Shown: piece by piece, positions 52,392-64,000 of the stretch
Position numbering within the stretch: position 1 is the stretch's first letter
Layout of the letters: each line of letters opens with the position of its first letter
Origin: Octopus sinensis
Lineage: Eukaryota
NCBI RefSeq assembly: GCF_006345805.1
Contig: NC_043006.1
Span: forward strand, 16,430,001-16,494,000
Reading direction: 5' to 3'
Length of the DNA stretch: 64,000 nt
Notes under the pieces: model-generated
Database searches by the model: none
Seen by the model: the letters and a program-made list of their open reading frames with translations, nothing else
What the model was told of the DNA's origin: nothing
Program-made: the position numbers and the translations under genes

Positions 52392-52931
52392 GGTGTGAAG
52401 AGTAAATTGTTGCCATTTTATATTTTCAATTTTGTGCATTATTTGTTTTTGATTTTGTTGACAACACGGTATAGTAGGGTCAGTTGGGCACCATCTGTGA
52501 GAAAAACAGCACCATGATGCAATTCACTCTGCAGAAATTTGGAAACGACATGCTGTACTGCTTTGCATTCATGCCAGAAACTCTGATACAAACATTTCAG
52601 AGTGTTTGGGTGTCAGTCTAAGGACATGTATTGAGTGTGATAAAAATCAAACATCTGGTCAACATCATGGTGTTTGGAATGATCACTAGTGATGGCAATG
52701 TTATTCCTCCATTCATCTTCCCACATGGCCTCAGACTCAACATGAAGACCTACATCAAGTAGGTAGTGCTGCCTTGGTTCAAGAGTGTAGCTACTGGAAG
52801 ACCATCTGTCTGGCAACAGGACTCTGAACCATGCACACGAGCAGGAGAACATGGCCATGAATATCAGACAATTTCTGCAACCACATCACCTCTAACATCT
52901 GGCGACCTAACCCCCTTGATTATTATGTGTG
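52389..52931 (+). pseudogene. Internally deleted Tc1/mariner (maT/DD37D-like) transposon
   Basis: TA|CAGGGTG left end; IMVFGMITSDGNVIPPFIFPHGLRLN...VVLPWFKSVATGRPSVWQQDS...NPLDYYV. Confidence 0.8.
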
Positions 52932-53451
52932 AAGCCCGTCATATATGTATGTATGTATTTGTGTGCCTGTGTTTGTCCCCCCACCATCACTTGACAACCG
53001 ATGTTGGCATGTTTATGTCCTTGTAACTTAGCGGTTTGGCAAAAGAGACCGATAGAATAAGTACCACTGCATGGTACCTTGGACAAACGCTTTTACTATA
53101 GCCCTGGACCAACTAAAGCCTTGTGGGTGGATTCGGTAGTCAGAAATTGAAAGAAGTATGTTGTGCGCATGTGCTTTTATGTATCACTGTATCAACTAGA
53201 CTATTGGATGTTATACACAGCTGATCACAATGCATTTCCTTCCTTTGTTTTGACTTTCAAATGATGCCAGCTGCTGCTTAAGTAGGCAGGCCAACATACC
53301 TCCTGAATCACAACCACATGGTTCTGGATTCCACTGAGTTCCACTGTGTGGCACTTTGGTCAAGTGTCTTCTACAATACCGTCAAGCCAACCAAGGCCTT
53401 GTGAGTGGATTTGGTAGACGGAAACTGAAAGAAGGCTGCAATTGTTGTTAC

Positions 53452-53509
<58 letters not shown>

Positions 53510-53512
53510 ATA

Positions 53513-53713
53513 CTCTTTTACTATTTTCAGTCATTTGACTGCGGCCATGCTGGAGCACCACCTTTAGTCGAGCAAATCGACCCCGGGACTTATTCTTTGT
53601 AAGCCCAGTACTTATTCTATCGGTCTCTTTTGCCAAACCGCTAAGTGACGGGGACGTAAACACACAAGCATCGGTTGTCAAGCAATGCTAGGGGGACAAA
53701 CACAGACACACAA

Positions 53714-53764
<51 letters not shown>

Positions 53765-53927
53765 TACGACAGGCTTCTTTCAGTTTCCGTCTACCAAATC
53801 CACTCACATGGCATTGGTCGGCCCGGGGCTATAGCAGAAGACACTTGCCCAAGATGCCACGCAGTGGGACTGAACCCGGAACCATGTGGTTGGTTAGCAA
53901 GCTACTTACCACACAGCCACTCCTGCA

Positions 53928-53930
<3 letters not shown>
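53513..53930 (-). mobile_element. SINE-C full-length, young subfamily, inside (TA)n
   Basis: Homology to 47948. Confidence 0.9.
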
Positions 53931-53968
<38 letters not shown>

Positions 53969-55236
53969 TATATATACACGTGTGTGCATTTATATGTGTG
54001 TGTATGTCTGTTTGCCCCCTACCACCACTTGTCAACTGGCATTGGTATATTTGCATCCTGTAACTTAGTGGTTTGGCAAAAGAGACTGATAGAATAAGAA
54101 CCAGGCTTGAAAAAGATGTGCTGGAGTTGATTCATTTGACTAAAAAAATTTGAGACAGTGCCACAGCATGGCCACAGTCTAAACAAGTTAAAAAAAATAA
54201 AAAGTGTGTGTGTGTGTGTCTGTCTACTCTCGTCTCGACATCATGTGGTGGTTGTAAACAAGCATCACTGTCATACAAGCAGGGATTTTTTATTCCCAGT
54301 GTTTTGAGAAAAAAAACACAACTGACCATAGTGAATATTATCTTGGTTGGAAACTGGTGGGAGTTGGTGACTAGAATGGCATATCCATAAAAAAAATCTA
54401 CCTCAACAAATTTCATCTGACCCCTGCAAACATGGAAAAGTGGACTTTAAATAAAGTATGGTGATATATCTAGAGGGTGTAGCAGAAACCCTCCTCTATC
54501 CCTATTTTACATGGATATTGGTGTGGCATTGTTGAAGTTAGGCAGGTAATAATGTTGTCTTCATGTACCTTTTTTCCTTTCATCCTTTTTGGGTCGATAA
54601 ATTAAGTACCAATTGAGCACTGGGGTTGAAGTAATCATAATGTCCCCTCCCCAAAATTACTGGCCTTGTGTCAAAATTTGAAACAAATATTTTACCCTTT
54701 TCTGTCTTTTGTCTTTGAATTACCATCATGCTTTTCACCAGTACACAACATGCATTTGCTGTTGCCATGTAAAATGTGTGAGATTTTTTGCTACACTCTG
54801 TATTTGAAAAAATAAAATATATTAACCCCTGGCAGGCTGAATATAGAGGAACAAAGCCAAAATATTATAGTAACATTTATTAGATTCTCTGTTTCATTGT
54901 TTCTGCCAGTCCTGTTTATCGAAACCCAATCAAGTTAGTTATAGGATGTGAGGTAATTTTTCAGGGAATTTGTTAATTTCACCTTTTACAGATGAAAATT
55001 GTTTTTCTTTGTTTTTATTATTTACATTTGCGTAGGAGGTTGTGTAGATCTGTACATTAAAAGCAATAATCATATTAATAACTCAAACCATTCATTTAGA
55101 CAATTAGACCGAGCTAACTTCCAAATAAACACTTCATCTCTCACACACTTTTTATTCACTCTTTCTTGCCCACTCTCTCTCTTTCCTTCACTCTCTAACT
55201 CCCCATTCTCTCTCTCATTCACATATATACACACAC

Positions 55237-55272
<36 letters not shown>

Positions 55273-55274
<2 letters not shown>

Positions 55275-55456
55275 GCTCCGTGTGGGCAGTCATCTAAAAG
55301 TTTTTGTGCATCTTGATGCTGACATAAGTTCCTTGTTTTTCCTGATGAGAAGGCAGTATAATGCACCCCTTATTCCTTCGAAATTAGGAATATGCAGCCT
55401 TCGAAACATATGTCGAAAATAAAGGAATTTTGTTAATTCGTCGTTCAACTCCATTC

Positions 55457-55468
<12 letters not shown>
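55273..55468 (+). mobile_element. ~195-bp hammerhead-bearing element between (TA)n tracts
   Basis: Non-microsatellite island bounded by (TA)n on both sides and containing the fold at 55329-55427. Confidence 0.6.
55329..55427 (+). ncRNA. Type I hammerhead ribozyme, canonical core
   Basis: Stem I TTTTC/GAAAA extended by TTCCTT/AAGGAA; CTGATGA 55342-55348; stem II GAAGGC/GCCTTC; GAAA 55403-55406; stem III AC-atat-GT; GUC cleavage after 55414. Confidence 0.85.
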
Positions 55469-55518
<50 letters not shown>

Positions 55519-55522
<4 letters not shown>

Positions 55523-55602
55523 TCATCGTTTAATGTCCGCTTTCCATGCTAGCATCGTCCAACCCATGCTAACATGGAAAGCAGACATTAAACGATGATG
55601 AT
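55519..55602. repeat. Inverted pair of SINE-A 3' ends (37-bp arms, 10-nt loop)
   Basis: 55519-55555 versus 55566-55602, 2 mismatches. Confidence 0.9.
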
Positions 55603-55619
55603 TATATATGTGTTTGTGC

Positions 55620-55651
<32 letters not shown>

Positions 55652-56169
55652 GCACACACAGTCCTACCCAAAATGTTAGATTCTTTCTCTCCACCCATCT
55701 TCCTCATGATAAATAATTTATTATTCTACTTCACAAAGATTTTTCTACTTACTCTTTACTCTTTGCCAATGCAGAGGCCGTTACTTCTCTCCCTGGAGTC
55801 TACAATATTTCACCCGTATTTCAACCGTGATTGTTGGCAGTTTTTTTCCTTTCTTTTTTAGAAATTCATCTGTTCGAAAATATTCCTCGACATTTTTTTT
55901 CTTTCTCGCACAACACAGTTTTTTTCTTTTTTTACATCCGATTACATAACTTCCTCAACCACTTTCACATTCTCTTAATTAATCTTCCTCACTTGTCCTT
56001 CAACCATTTTCTCCATGAAAACAACCAATCAGTGCCATTGACGCAGACACAATTATTCCTCATTCTGTTTTTTTTTTTTTTTTGTTTTTTTCTTCAGTAC
56101 TTTACGCTGTTGTTCAAAGACTATTTTTTTATGCAATGATTCCTTCCAATTTAGACTCAAGGTCAACAG

Positions 56170-56745
56170 TTTTGAGGGGAGGGGCTAGTTGATTATATCA
56201 ACTCCCAGTATTTCACTGGTACCTTTTTCTTTTTATCAACCCTGTTGAAATGAAAGGCAAAGTCAATCTTGAAAAGGAGCTACTTGATTATACCAACTCC
56301 AAGTACTTGTCTGATACCCTCTTAATTTTTTTTTTTTTTTTGTCAACCTTCTTGAAATAAAAGGCAAAGTTGGCCTTGAGAGGGGCTGGTTGATTGTGTC
56401 AGTACTTGAGTGATACCTTCTTTAAAAAAAAATGGTATCACTCAAGTGCCAACTATTCTGTCAGCTTCAATAATAATAATAATAATAATAATAATCCTTT
56501 CTACTAAAGGCGCAAGACCTGAAATCTGTGGGGAGGGGGCTAGTCGATCACATCAACCCCAGTGTTTCACTGGTACTTAATTTATCAACCCTGAAAGAGG
56601 TTGATAAATTAAGTACCAGTGAAACACTCTTTCAGGGTTGATAAATTCCACAGAATTTGAACCCAGAACATCAGACAAAATACCGCTAAGCATTTCGCCC
56701 AGCATGCTAACGATTCTGCCAGCTCGTCTCCTTAATAATAATAAT
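56170..56745 (-). mobile_element. Cluster of SINE-B (alternative tail) fragments with fold-back insertions
   Basis: Three tandem central-domain fragments at 56170-56430, then a rearranged copy at 56470-56745. Confidence 0.7.
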
Positions 56746-57300
56746 AATAATAGTAAATGCCCTTATGCAGTACCAGGCAGTGGCTCTCATGGTTTCTGAT
56801 CTTAACTGATTGGAAGTGTTATTGTGTACATTGTTTTGTCTTGGTTTAAAAGATGGGCTGCAGCAAATATTCTGCTCAATACCACAGATTTGCTTGTCAT
56901 TTACTTGACCTTAACCAGTTGAGCATGTCCCTTAGTGGCTGATGATATATGCATTTCTAATCACAAGCAGAAGTGGGGGAGCATCATAGCCATGGAATTC
57001 ACAAACATGCACATACACACATACACACATTCATTGCCTTTAATTTGTATGTGTATTTATATGTGTGCGTGAGTGTGTATTAGTGTGTTTGTGTGTGTCA
57101 CTGTTGAAGTTGTTTGGAAACTGTAAATAAGGAGCAAGTTTTGAGTACTTGTTTGTAACTTTTTGTTTTTTCTTCTCCTCATTTTCTAATAGAAATTACA
57201 CGACTTTCTGGGCTCTTCTCACAGTTATCCTGCATTCAAAAATTATATGGGTATTTAAAAAAAATTTCATTCAGTAAATGCTACTACAGTACGTATACAT

Positions 57301-57630
57301 TCATCATCATCATCGTTTAACGTCCGCTTTCCATGCTAGCATGGGTTGGACGGTTTGACCGGGGATCTGGGAAGCCAGAAGGTTGCACCAGGCTCCAGTC
57401 TGATCTGGCAGTGTTTCTACAGCTGGATGCCCTTCCTAACACCAACCACTCCGTGAGTGTAGTGTATGCTTTTTACGTGCCACCGGCACAGGTGCCAGGC
57501 ATGGCTGGCAACGGCCACGATCGAATTGGTGCTTTTTACGTGCCACCGGCACGGAAGCCAGTCGAGGTGGCGCTGGCATCGGCCACATTCGGATGGTGCT
57601 TTTTACGTGTCACCGGCACGGAAGCCAGTC
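57301..57630 (-). mobile_element. SINE-A copy
   Basis: Homology to other copies. Confidence 0.85.
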
Positions 57631-58734
57631 TAGGCAGTTAATAGCAAATACAACTTAAAACAGAAAGTGAAAGAGTTTGCAAATGAAACTGGAGTACTCC
57701 ACAGTGAATGCAATGAATATTTAAATTTGTGATGCATTGGATGCAGTGAATATTTAAATTTGTGAAAAATTGGAGTTAAAAAAATTCAATAAACTTGAGA
57801 AATCAAAATTATAGGAAATTTCATAGAACATGAATTTACAAAAATATTTCCAGACAGTCAACCCTTTAATAATTGCTTTCTTTTACTACTTTTAGTAATT
57901 GTTACATACCTAATTAATAAACCGCTTTCTCCATTATTATAATTATTTCTAACATTGCCATAGTAATTGTGATCTCTTTTGAGGCCTGCATTACATCATT
58001 CACAGTATGTGACTGATATTTTTATTCCACAAAATAACACATTTGTGGAGGGTGTAGTTATGTTTAATGGCATTTTCCTGCGAGTTGGTAATGCCTCAAT
58101 TCCAATCTCTATCAGCCTCTTGGACTGCTGCAGTTTGGGTATTATGCTGGGTGCAGCCAATTACCACATGAATAATTTCCATTCTTATGTCACATTCCTC
58201 TAGTTAGGTCAATATTTCTCAATATTCTCAATCTCTTTAATATCCATTTTACTTTTTTAGTTAGTACAGTATTTTTGGAGGGAGATTTGGCTGCTATTGA
58301 GGTTTTCATGTTGACTCAATCACTACAGGGAGTGTTGAGTGCTATTTCTTATCAGGTACAAGTTTTCGGCCTGGTGACTGTAGTAAGACATTTACTATAG
58401 ATGGGGGCTTAAAGTTTTTTGGTTGTTCCTTCCACCTCATCCTTTAGTATAATGCCTTCTTTGTCTTCTGCCATTATCAAAGCAATATGTGGAAGTTGAT
58501 AGAAAAGTTGTGACCTCCTGTAACTTTTTGGAAAACTAGATAAGAATGATAAGTTTAATACAGACAGATGGCACCATTCTCAAATAAAATTTGTAAATTC
58601 AGAGGAAAGTGAAGGTAGTTGCCTTTGTGTTGAGAGCAGTCAGCATTATGGCCAACATGGTTATATCTCCTTTGGTGATTTTATTATATCATCCATAATA
58701 TATTTCATATTTATTATTTACTATTATTATTATT

Positions 58735-59210
58735 AAGGTGGCCAGCAAACAGAATTGCTTGCCTGCCAGACAAAATGCTCAGCAGCATTTTGCCCATCTT
58801 TACTTTCAGAATTCAAGATTCACTGAGGTCGTCTTTGCTTTTCTTCATTTCAGACTCAATGAAATAAAAACTAGTTGAGCACGAGGGTCAGTGTAATCGA
58901 CTCACCCGCTCTCCCCCCTGAAATTGCTGGCTTTGTGCCAACATTCGAAACCATTTTTATTATCATTATTATAATGGCAGAATTATTAATGTGCCTTGTG
59001 TGTTTCCTTCTGTAAGTAGAAGGATTTTTATTATATAGTTAAATACTTAGCGATATTTCATATGTTGCTACATTCTGAGTTCAAATTCCCCGAGGTCAAC
59101 TTTGCCTTTCAAGGTCAATAAATTAAGTACTAATGAAACACTGGGGTTGATTTAATTGAACAGTCTCCTCCCCACAAATTTCAGGTTTGTTCCTTTAGTA
59201 GAAAGGATTA
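58735..59210 (+). mobile_element. Two older SINE-B (alternative tail) copies
   Basis: Decayed head, central domain and TAGAAAGGATTAT-type tail. Confidence 0.65.
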
Positions 59211-59477
59211 TCATTTCACATTTCTTCTATTCCTGTTCCAAAACCCCTTTCCTGTAAATTACATTCTCAGTCCCTAACTTATTTTCCATACTTCAGAATG
59301 TAGCCTACAGCCTCCCACAGCTGTAACACATCACTCACATAGCTGTCGTTATCAAGGGGTCAAATATTTTTCCTTTTTTTTATTCGGAATCAAATATTTC
59401 AGAGATAAGCAGTTGAAAGCTAATTCTCTTGATTTAACAGCTCTCTGCATGCACTGACTATTATGTATGTATGTATG

Positions 59478-59516
<39 letters not shown>

Positions 59517-59519
<3 letters not shown>

Positions 59520-60350
59520 GGTGTCCATAAAATCTTTTTACAATTTAAAAAATTTATTACAAAGGCAATTGATAAGATATCTTAATCAGACTTGTTCTAT
59601 TGTACTCAGTGGTTTTCAAAGATTTTAATCACATTGCATTTTTGTGTTTCATGCAACCTGCAGATTAAAGAGGAATTTTTTTGAATGAACCCCTAAGAAA
59701 TGGCTACTCCTCAAGAGAAGGCACAATGTGTATCATGATTTATTGAGACTACAGAACAAAGTATGGAAGAGATCCACCATCATGTCTGTTAATTCATGCA
59801 TGGCACAAGAAATTTATGGGGACAGGGACAGTGTTAGATAGAAAGAGGAATGGGCGACCAAAAACATCTGAGTAATTTTTTCTCGTTCTCCCACAAAATC
59901 CATCTGTACTGCTGCCAGACAGTACACAAGGTCCTACATGAGGACCTGCAATTGTATGCTTACAAAGTGAAACTCTTAGAGCCAAATGATGAACCAAGAT
60001 GAAAAGCATTTGTAGTTCACATGCTGCAACTCATTTCTGAAGATGAAACATTCGTCAGGTGAGTTTGTTTTAGTGATGAGGCAACCTTTTCATGTTTCTA
60101 GGAAACTGAACAAATACAATGTGAGAATATGGGGATCGGAGTACACCCATGCGACTAGAGAAGTTCAGTGAAATAGTCCCAGTTCCAAAGTGAATGTCTG
60201 ATGTGGGATTATGTGCAATCAAATTATGGGTCCATTTTTTCTTCAATGAGAGATCAATTACTTCAAATGTCTACCTTGACCTTTAGACTGAATATGTGGC
60301 ACCACATCTCCAGGACCTTCAACCAACCATCATTTTCCAGCAAGATGGTT
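59517..60350 (+). pseudogene. Tc1/mariner fossil with DUF4817-type HTH (rosa/DD41D-like)
   Basis: TA|CAGGGTGTCC left end in (TA)n; ATG at 59700, MATPQEKAQCVS*FIET / YRTKYGRDPPS..IHAWHKKF..GTVLD..GRPKTSE / FSDEATF / NVRIWGS / IIFQQDG. Confidence 0.85.
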
Positions 60351-60585
60351 CTGTCCCAGACAGCACTTTGCTTTTATAATGCAAATTCCCTGTTTTAAAG
60401 CAATTTAAATTGAAAACCTTTCAAAGTTTCATGTTAATTTACATTCTAAGTACCTGCTTAATAATGATAAAGTTATTTTAATAAGTTCTTCAATATTTTC
60501 AAAAATTAATTGTAAAAATTCCTTGTATTTCAATAGAAATATGACCACAAAAGGCTTAAGGAAAAAAACTCTACTCGCTGGAATT

Positions 60586-60619
<34 letters not shown>

Positions 60620-61216
60620 CAGTAGTAGTAGTAGACCAAGCAAAATAATATGTGCATCAGGAGAAGTAAATAGAATGTAGAGGAGAAATAAGATGAGATT
60701 TTCAAGCCATCAGAATAGTTCCCAATACAGTAAAACAGAAAAGAAAATTATTTATAAGGGAGAAAAAAATAATCTGTATAAAATATTTCTTTAAAAAAAT
60801 TAGTAAAATTTGATTTTTTTTTTTTTTTAATACTGATATGACATTTCAGAACTTCTTTTTTTTTTTTCCATTTTCTAATTACCTGCCTACCATTATGTAT
60901 CTTTTAATATCCAGCTGCATTCCATCTGATGTGAAGAATCTGGTTGGTAAGGGTGGATAAGCATTGAGGTTATTTACTGATTTCGGGTAATCAACATTGA
61001 CATAGCACTTGATAAACCAAGTGTTAAAGCCCCCTTAGAACTGAAGTTGTGCTAGTAACCTCGAGATTAATCTTAACCATGTATGATGTTGTATTCATAT
61101 GTGGTTTTAGTTAGACTTTTACATTCAAATGTTAGCTGATATGAAGTACTGAGAATGTTCTCTCTCCCCCCAGCCTCCCGCCCATCTACAAATCATATAT
61201 ATATATATATATATAT

Positions 61217-61405
61217 CAAAATGTGACCTCGTGTGTACCGTTGGCGATTTTTTTTCCTCTGTCTTCTCTTCTCTGGATCTTTCCTTCTATGTTTCCGACG
61301 AAGAGCTCCGCTCGAAACGTTAAACCCTCCTTCTTTCCTGAGCGTCCAATAAAACTATATTTGTTCCACGTCCTCGCATTGTTGTGTTTTTTTGTGCTTT
61401 TGGAT

Positions 61406-61409
<4 letters not shown>
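61217..61409 (+). mobile_element. ~193-bp Penelope pseudo-LTR-like element between (TA)n tracts
   Basis: Contains the hammerhead-like motif at 61291-61325; flanked by (TA)n on both sides. Confidence 0.6.
61291..61325 (+). ncRNA. Minimal type I hammerhead motif, probably inactivated (U4C)
   Basis: GTTT-CCGACGA-A-GAG-ctccg-CTC-GAAA-CG-TT-AAAC; palindromic AACGTT stem III. Confidence 0.6.
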
Positions 61410-61441
<32 letters not shown>

Positions 61442-61705
61442 ACCTGGGACCTTGAAGTCTGCTTTAATGCAAGAAAGTATACTAGTCCCTTAATATTTGA
61501 TATTCAATATTTCATCTATTCAATAAGACAATCAATACTTCATTTCATTTTACTATATATAATATTTATACTATATATTCTATATTCTACATTAATATTA
61601 TAAAGAATATAAATAAAACATAAAAAACAGAGTTGGAATTCCTTTGAATAGTATATATCCCTCTATACACAATCATACAAACCCCTTTTTTATTTATATA
61701 TATAA

Positions 61706-61887
61706 ACTGGCCCTCGTGCCGGTGGCACGTTAAAGCACCCACTACACTCTCGGAGTGGTTGGCGTTAGGAAGGGCATCCAACAGTAGAAACTCTGCCAGA
61801 TCAGATTAGAGCCTGGTTCGCCAGACCTCAATCAAATCGTCCAACCCATGCTAGCATGGAAAGTGGATGTTAAATGATGATGATGAT
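61706..61887 (+). mobile_element. SINE-A copy
   Basis: Homology to other copies. Confidence 0.8.
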
Positions 61888-62000
61888 AATATATATATAA
61901 TAAAACAATACTGGGAGGATAAGAAACGGAACAAATCGAACAAAATATATATATAGTCCCTTCGTGTATTTCACGTTCTTTATATATAAATTTTTATTCC

Positions 62001-62059
<59 letters not shown>

Positions 62060-62268
62060 CAGTTGTAAAATGGTGTCAATATGATATCAGTGGTTAAGGT
62101 GGTGAGCTGGCAGAACTGTTAGCATGCCGGGCTAATTGCTTAGTGACATTTCGTCTGTCTTTACTTTCTGAGTTCAAATTCTGCTGAGATCAACTTTGCC
62201 TTTCATTTTTTCGGAGTCAGTAAAAAAAGTACCTGTCAAGTACTGGGGTCAATGTAATTGAAATAATC

Positions 62269-62303
<35 letters not shown>

Positions 62304-62574
62304 GAAATAAAACAAATGAGAGAAAGAGAAAATGAAATTCATGAGATTCATTAACCTTAATGACCATTTCAACCCATCTTGCATTGGTCCCTCACAGGTG
62401 AGATTCTGTACAACTGGTTGTGGTGCATCTTTTGGCATACACATGTGGAGGCACATGAACGTGAGATTGTAGCTTTGACTATGTTGTGTCCTTGAGCAAA
62501 ACAAGAGACTTTTCAAAAGGTACCTCACTCTATAAACTCAGTTTCACTTGGTTTGATTATAATGCATGTCATTA

Positions 62575-62808
62575 AAGGCGGCAAGCTGGCAGACACGTTA
62601 GCACACCGGGCAGAATGCTTAGTGGTATTTCGTCTACCGTTACGTTCTGAGTTCAAATTCCGCCGAGGTTGACTTTGCCTTTCATCCTTTCACGGTCGAT
62701 AAATAAAAGAACCAGTTTCGCACTGGGGTCAATGTAATCGACTTAATCCCTTTGTCTGTCCTTGTTCGTCCTCTCTATGTTTAGCCCCTTGTGGGCAATA
62801 AAGAAATA
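62575..62808 (+). mobile_element. SINE-B full-length
   Basis: 14-bp TSD TATAATGCATGTCA at 62558-62571 and 62809-62822. Confidence 0.9.
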
Positions 62809-62952
62809 TATAATGCATGTCAATATTTGCCTGTAGCTGGTTGCATACAGGTTTCATGGTTTTGAATGACAGGTAGCTATAGACAGTGAAAGCAATTTAA
62901 CTGGCCTATTATCAGGTGTATACAATTACTTTTATATATATATATATACATC

Positions 62953-62986
<34 letters not shown>

Positions 62987-62987
62987 G

Positions 62988-63020
<33 letters not shown>

Positions 63021-63364
63021 TACACACATTTTAATGTAGGTAAAAATTTTCTCTTGACTAGAGCCTTCCAGTCATCCATTAATTGCGCCTATGAGCATAT
63101 ATTCACATACACCCTGAAAAACCAGATATGTAGCCTATGTTATAACAAACTTTATTTTCTTCTCTAAAAATCCAGTCTGCTATCTCTAGGAATTTAAATC
63201 TGCTTTACTCATACCCTGCGTATTTCTTCATAACAACTGTCTCGAAATAATTAACATGTTTGTATACTTGAAATTTCTGATAAGGACACCATACAAATGC
63301 AATCATGCATAAATTAGTGTGCAATTCAGTGTTGTCTGTGTGTGTGCATTTTGTTTGTATTTAA

Positions 63365-63584
63365 CCCTTTTGTTACTGTATTTATTTTGAGATGCTCTGT
63401 GCTTCTTTCAATTACTTTAAATATAACAAAGAATTTAGTAAAATAACTTGGTTATCAATCAGCTAGTTTTAGGAACATAAATTGTGACTAAGGTTCAGTG
63501 GAAGATTTTTGTTCAAAAATTTTGAAAACAAAACATTTGTACTCAGAGCCAGAGCCGGTTTCAGCCGGGTTGGTAACGAAAGGG
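63365..63584. mobile_element. TTAA MITE family 1
   Basis: TTAA|CCCTTTTGTTAC ... GTAACGAAAGGG|TTAA. Confidence 0.85.
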
Positions 63585-63644
63585 TTAAATACAACACATC
63601 TGGGAAAAGATAATGCAAAGAATTTCAAAAAAACTTCTAGTTCA

Positions 63645-64000
63645 AGCATGGCTGTGTGGTTAAGAAATTTGCTTCCAACCACATAGTTTGGGGGTTCAAT
63701 TCTACTGCATATTACCTTGGGCAAGTGTTTTCTTTTATAGTCTCAAGTTGACCTATTCCTTGTGAGTGAATCTGGAGCTCATCGTGCGTGTGTTTGTGCC
63801 ACCCTCCCCCCACCAGCATTTGGTAACTGGTGTTGGTTTGTTTATATCTCCGTTACTTTGTGGTTTGGCAAAAGTTACTGACAGAGCAAGTACCAGACTT
63901 TAAAAAAAAAAAAAGTAAATCACTGAAGCCATTTTGTTTGACAATAAGTCTTTCAAAGTAGTGCCCCAGCTTGGCCATAGACATGACTGAAATAAAAGAC
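63645..64000 (+). mobile_element. Older SINE-C copy running to the window end
   Basis: Decayed head, CCTTGGGCAAGTG motif and tail. Confidence 0.7.

Noticed and set aside
60035-60060. CTGAAGA-T-GAAAC-ATTC-GTC
   Set aside because: Lies in transposase coding sequence (ISEDETFV) and has no stem II.
60883-60946. Overlapping candidate microexons on both strands (- 60883-60939, + 60915-60946)
   Set aside because: Both are open and splice-bounded, which shows how easily chance produces such signals; the phases do not chain with other candidates.

Overview
AT-rich animal genomic DNA made almost entirely of interspersed repeats and (TA)n/(CA)n/(CAT)n microsatellites. The SINE families look like those I recall from Octopus; this is pattern recognition, not a database hit. 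No intact protein-coding gene, tRNA, rRNA or CRISPR array can be supported. Nearly all ORF-track entries are microsatellite or SINE read-throughs. The window holds four young SINE-type families (called A-D here) and fossil DNA transposons (hAT/Charlie, Tc1, mariner, maT-like, DUF4817/rosa-like, TTAA MITEs). It also holds RTE and Tx1-like LINE fragments and three non-autonomous Helitron-like elements. Many older decayed SINE copies are not listed individually. The most notable result is a set of ~200-bp elements, three of them sitting between (TA)n tracts, that fold by hand into type I hammerhead ribozymes. One has a canonical core (55329-55427). One family has a covaried G3-C8 core (3335-3384, 14044-14093), and an inverted copy of that family starts exactly at the predicted cleavage site. 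One has a point-mutated core (61291-61325). Also notable are very long (95 and ~215 bp) target-site-like duplications, SINE dimers with an identical internal junction inserted as single units, and several templated or fold-back insertions.
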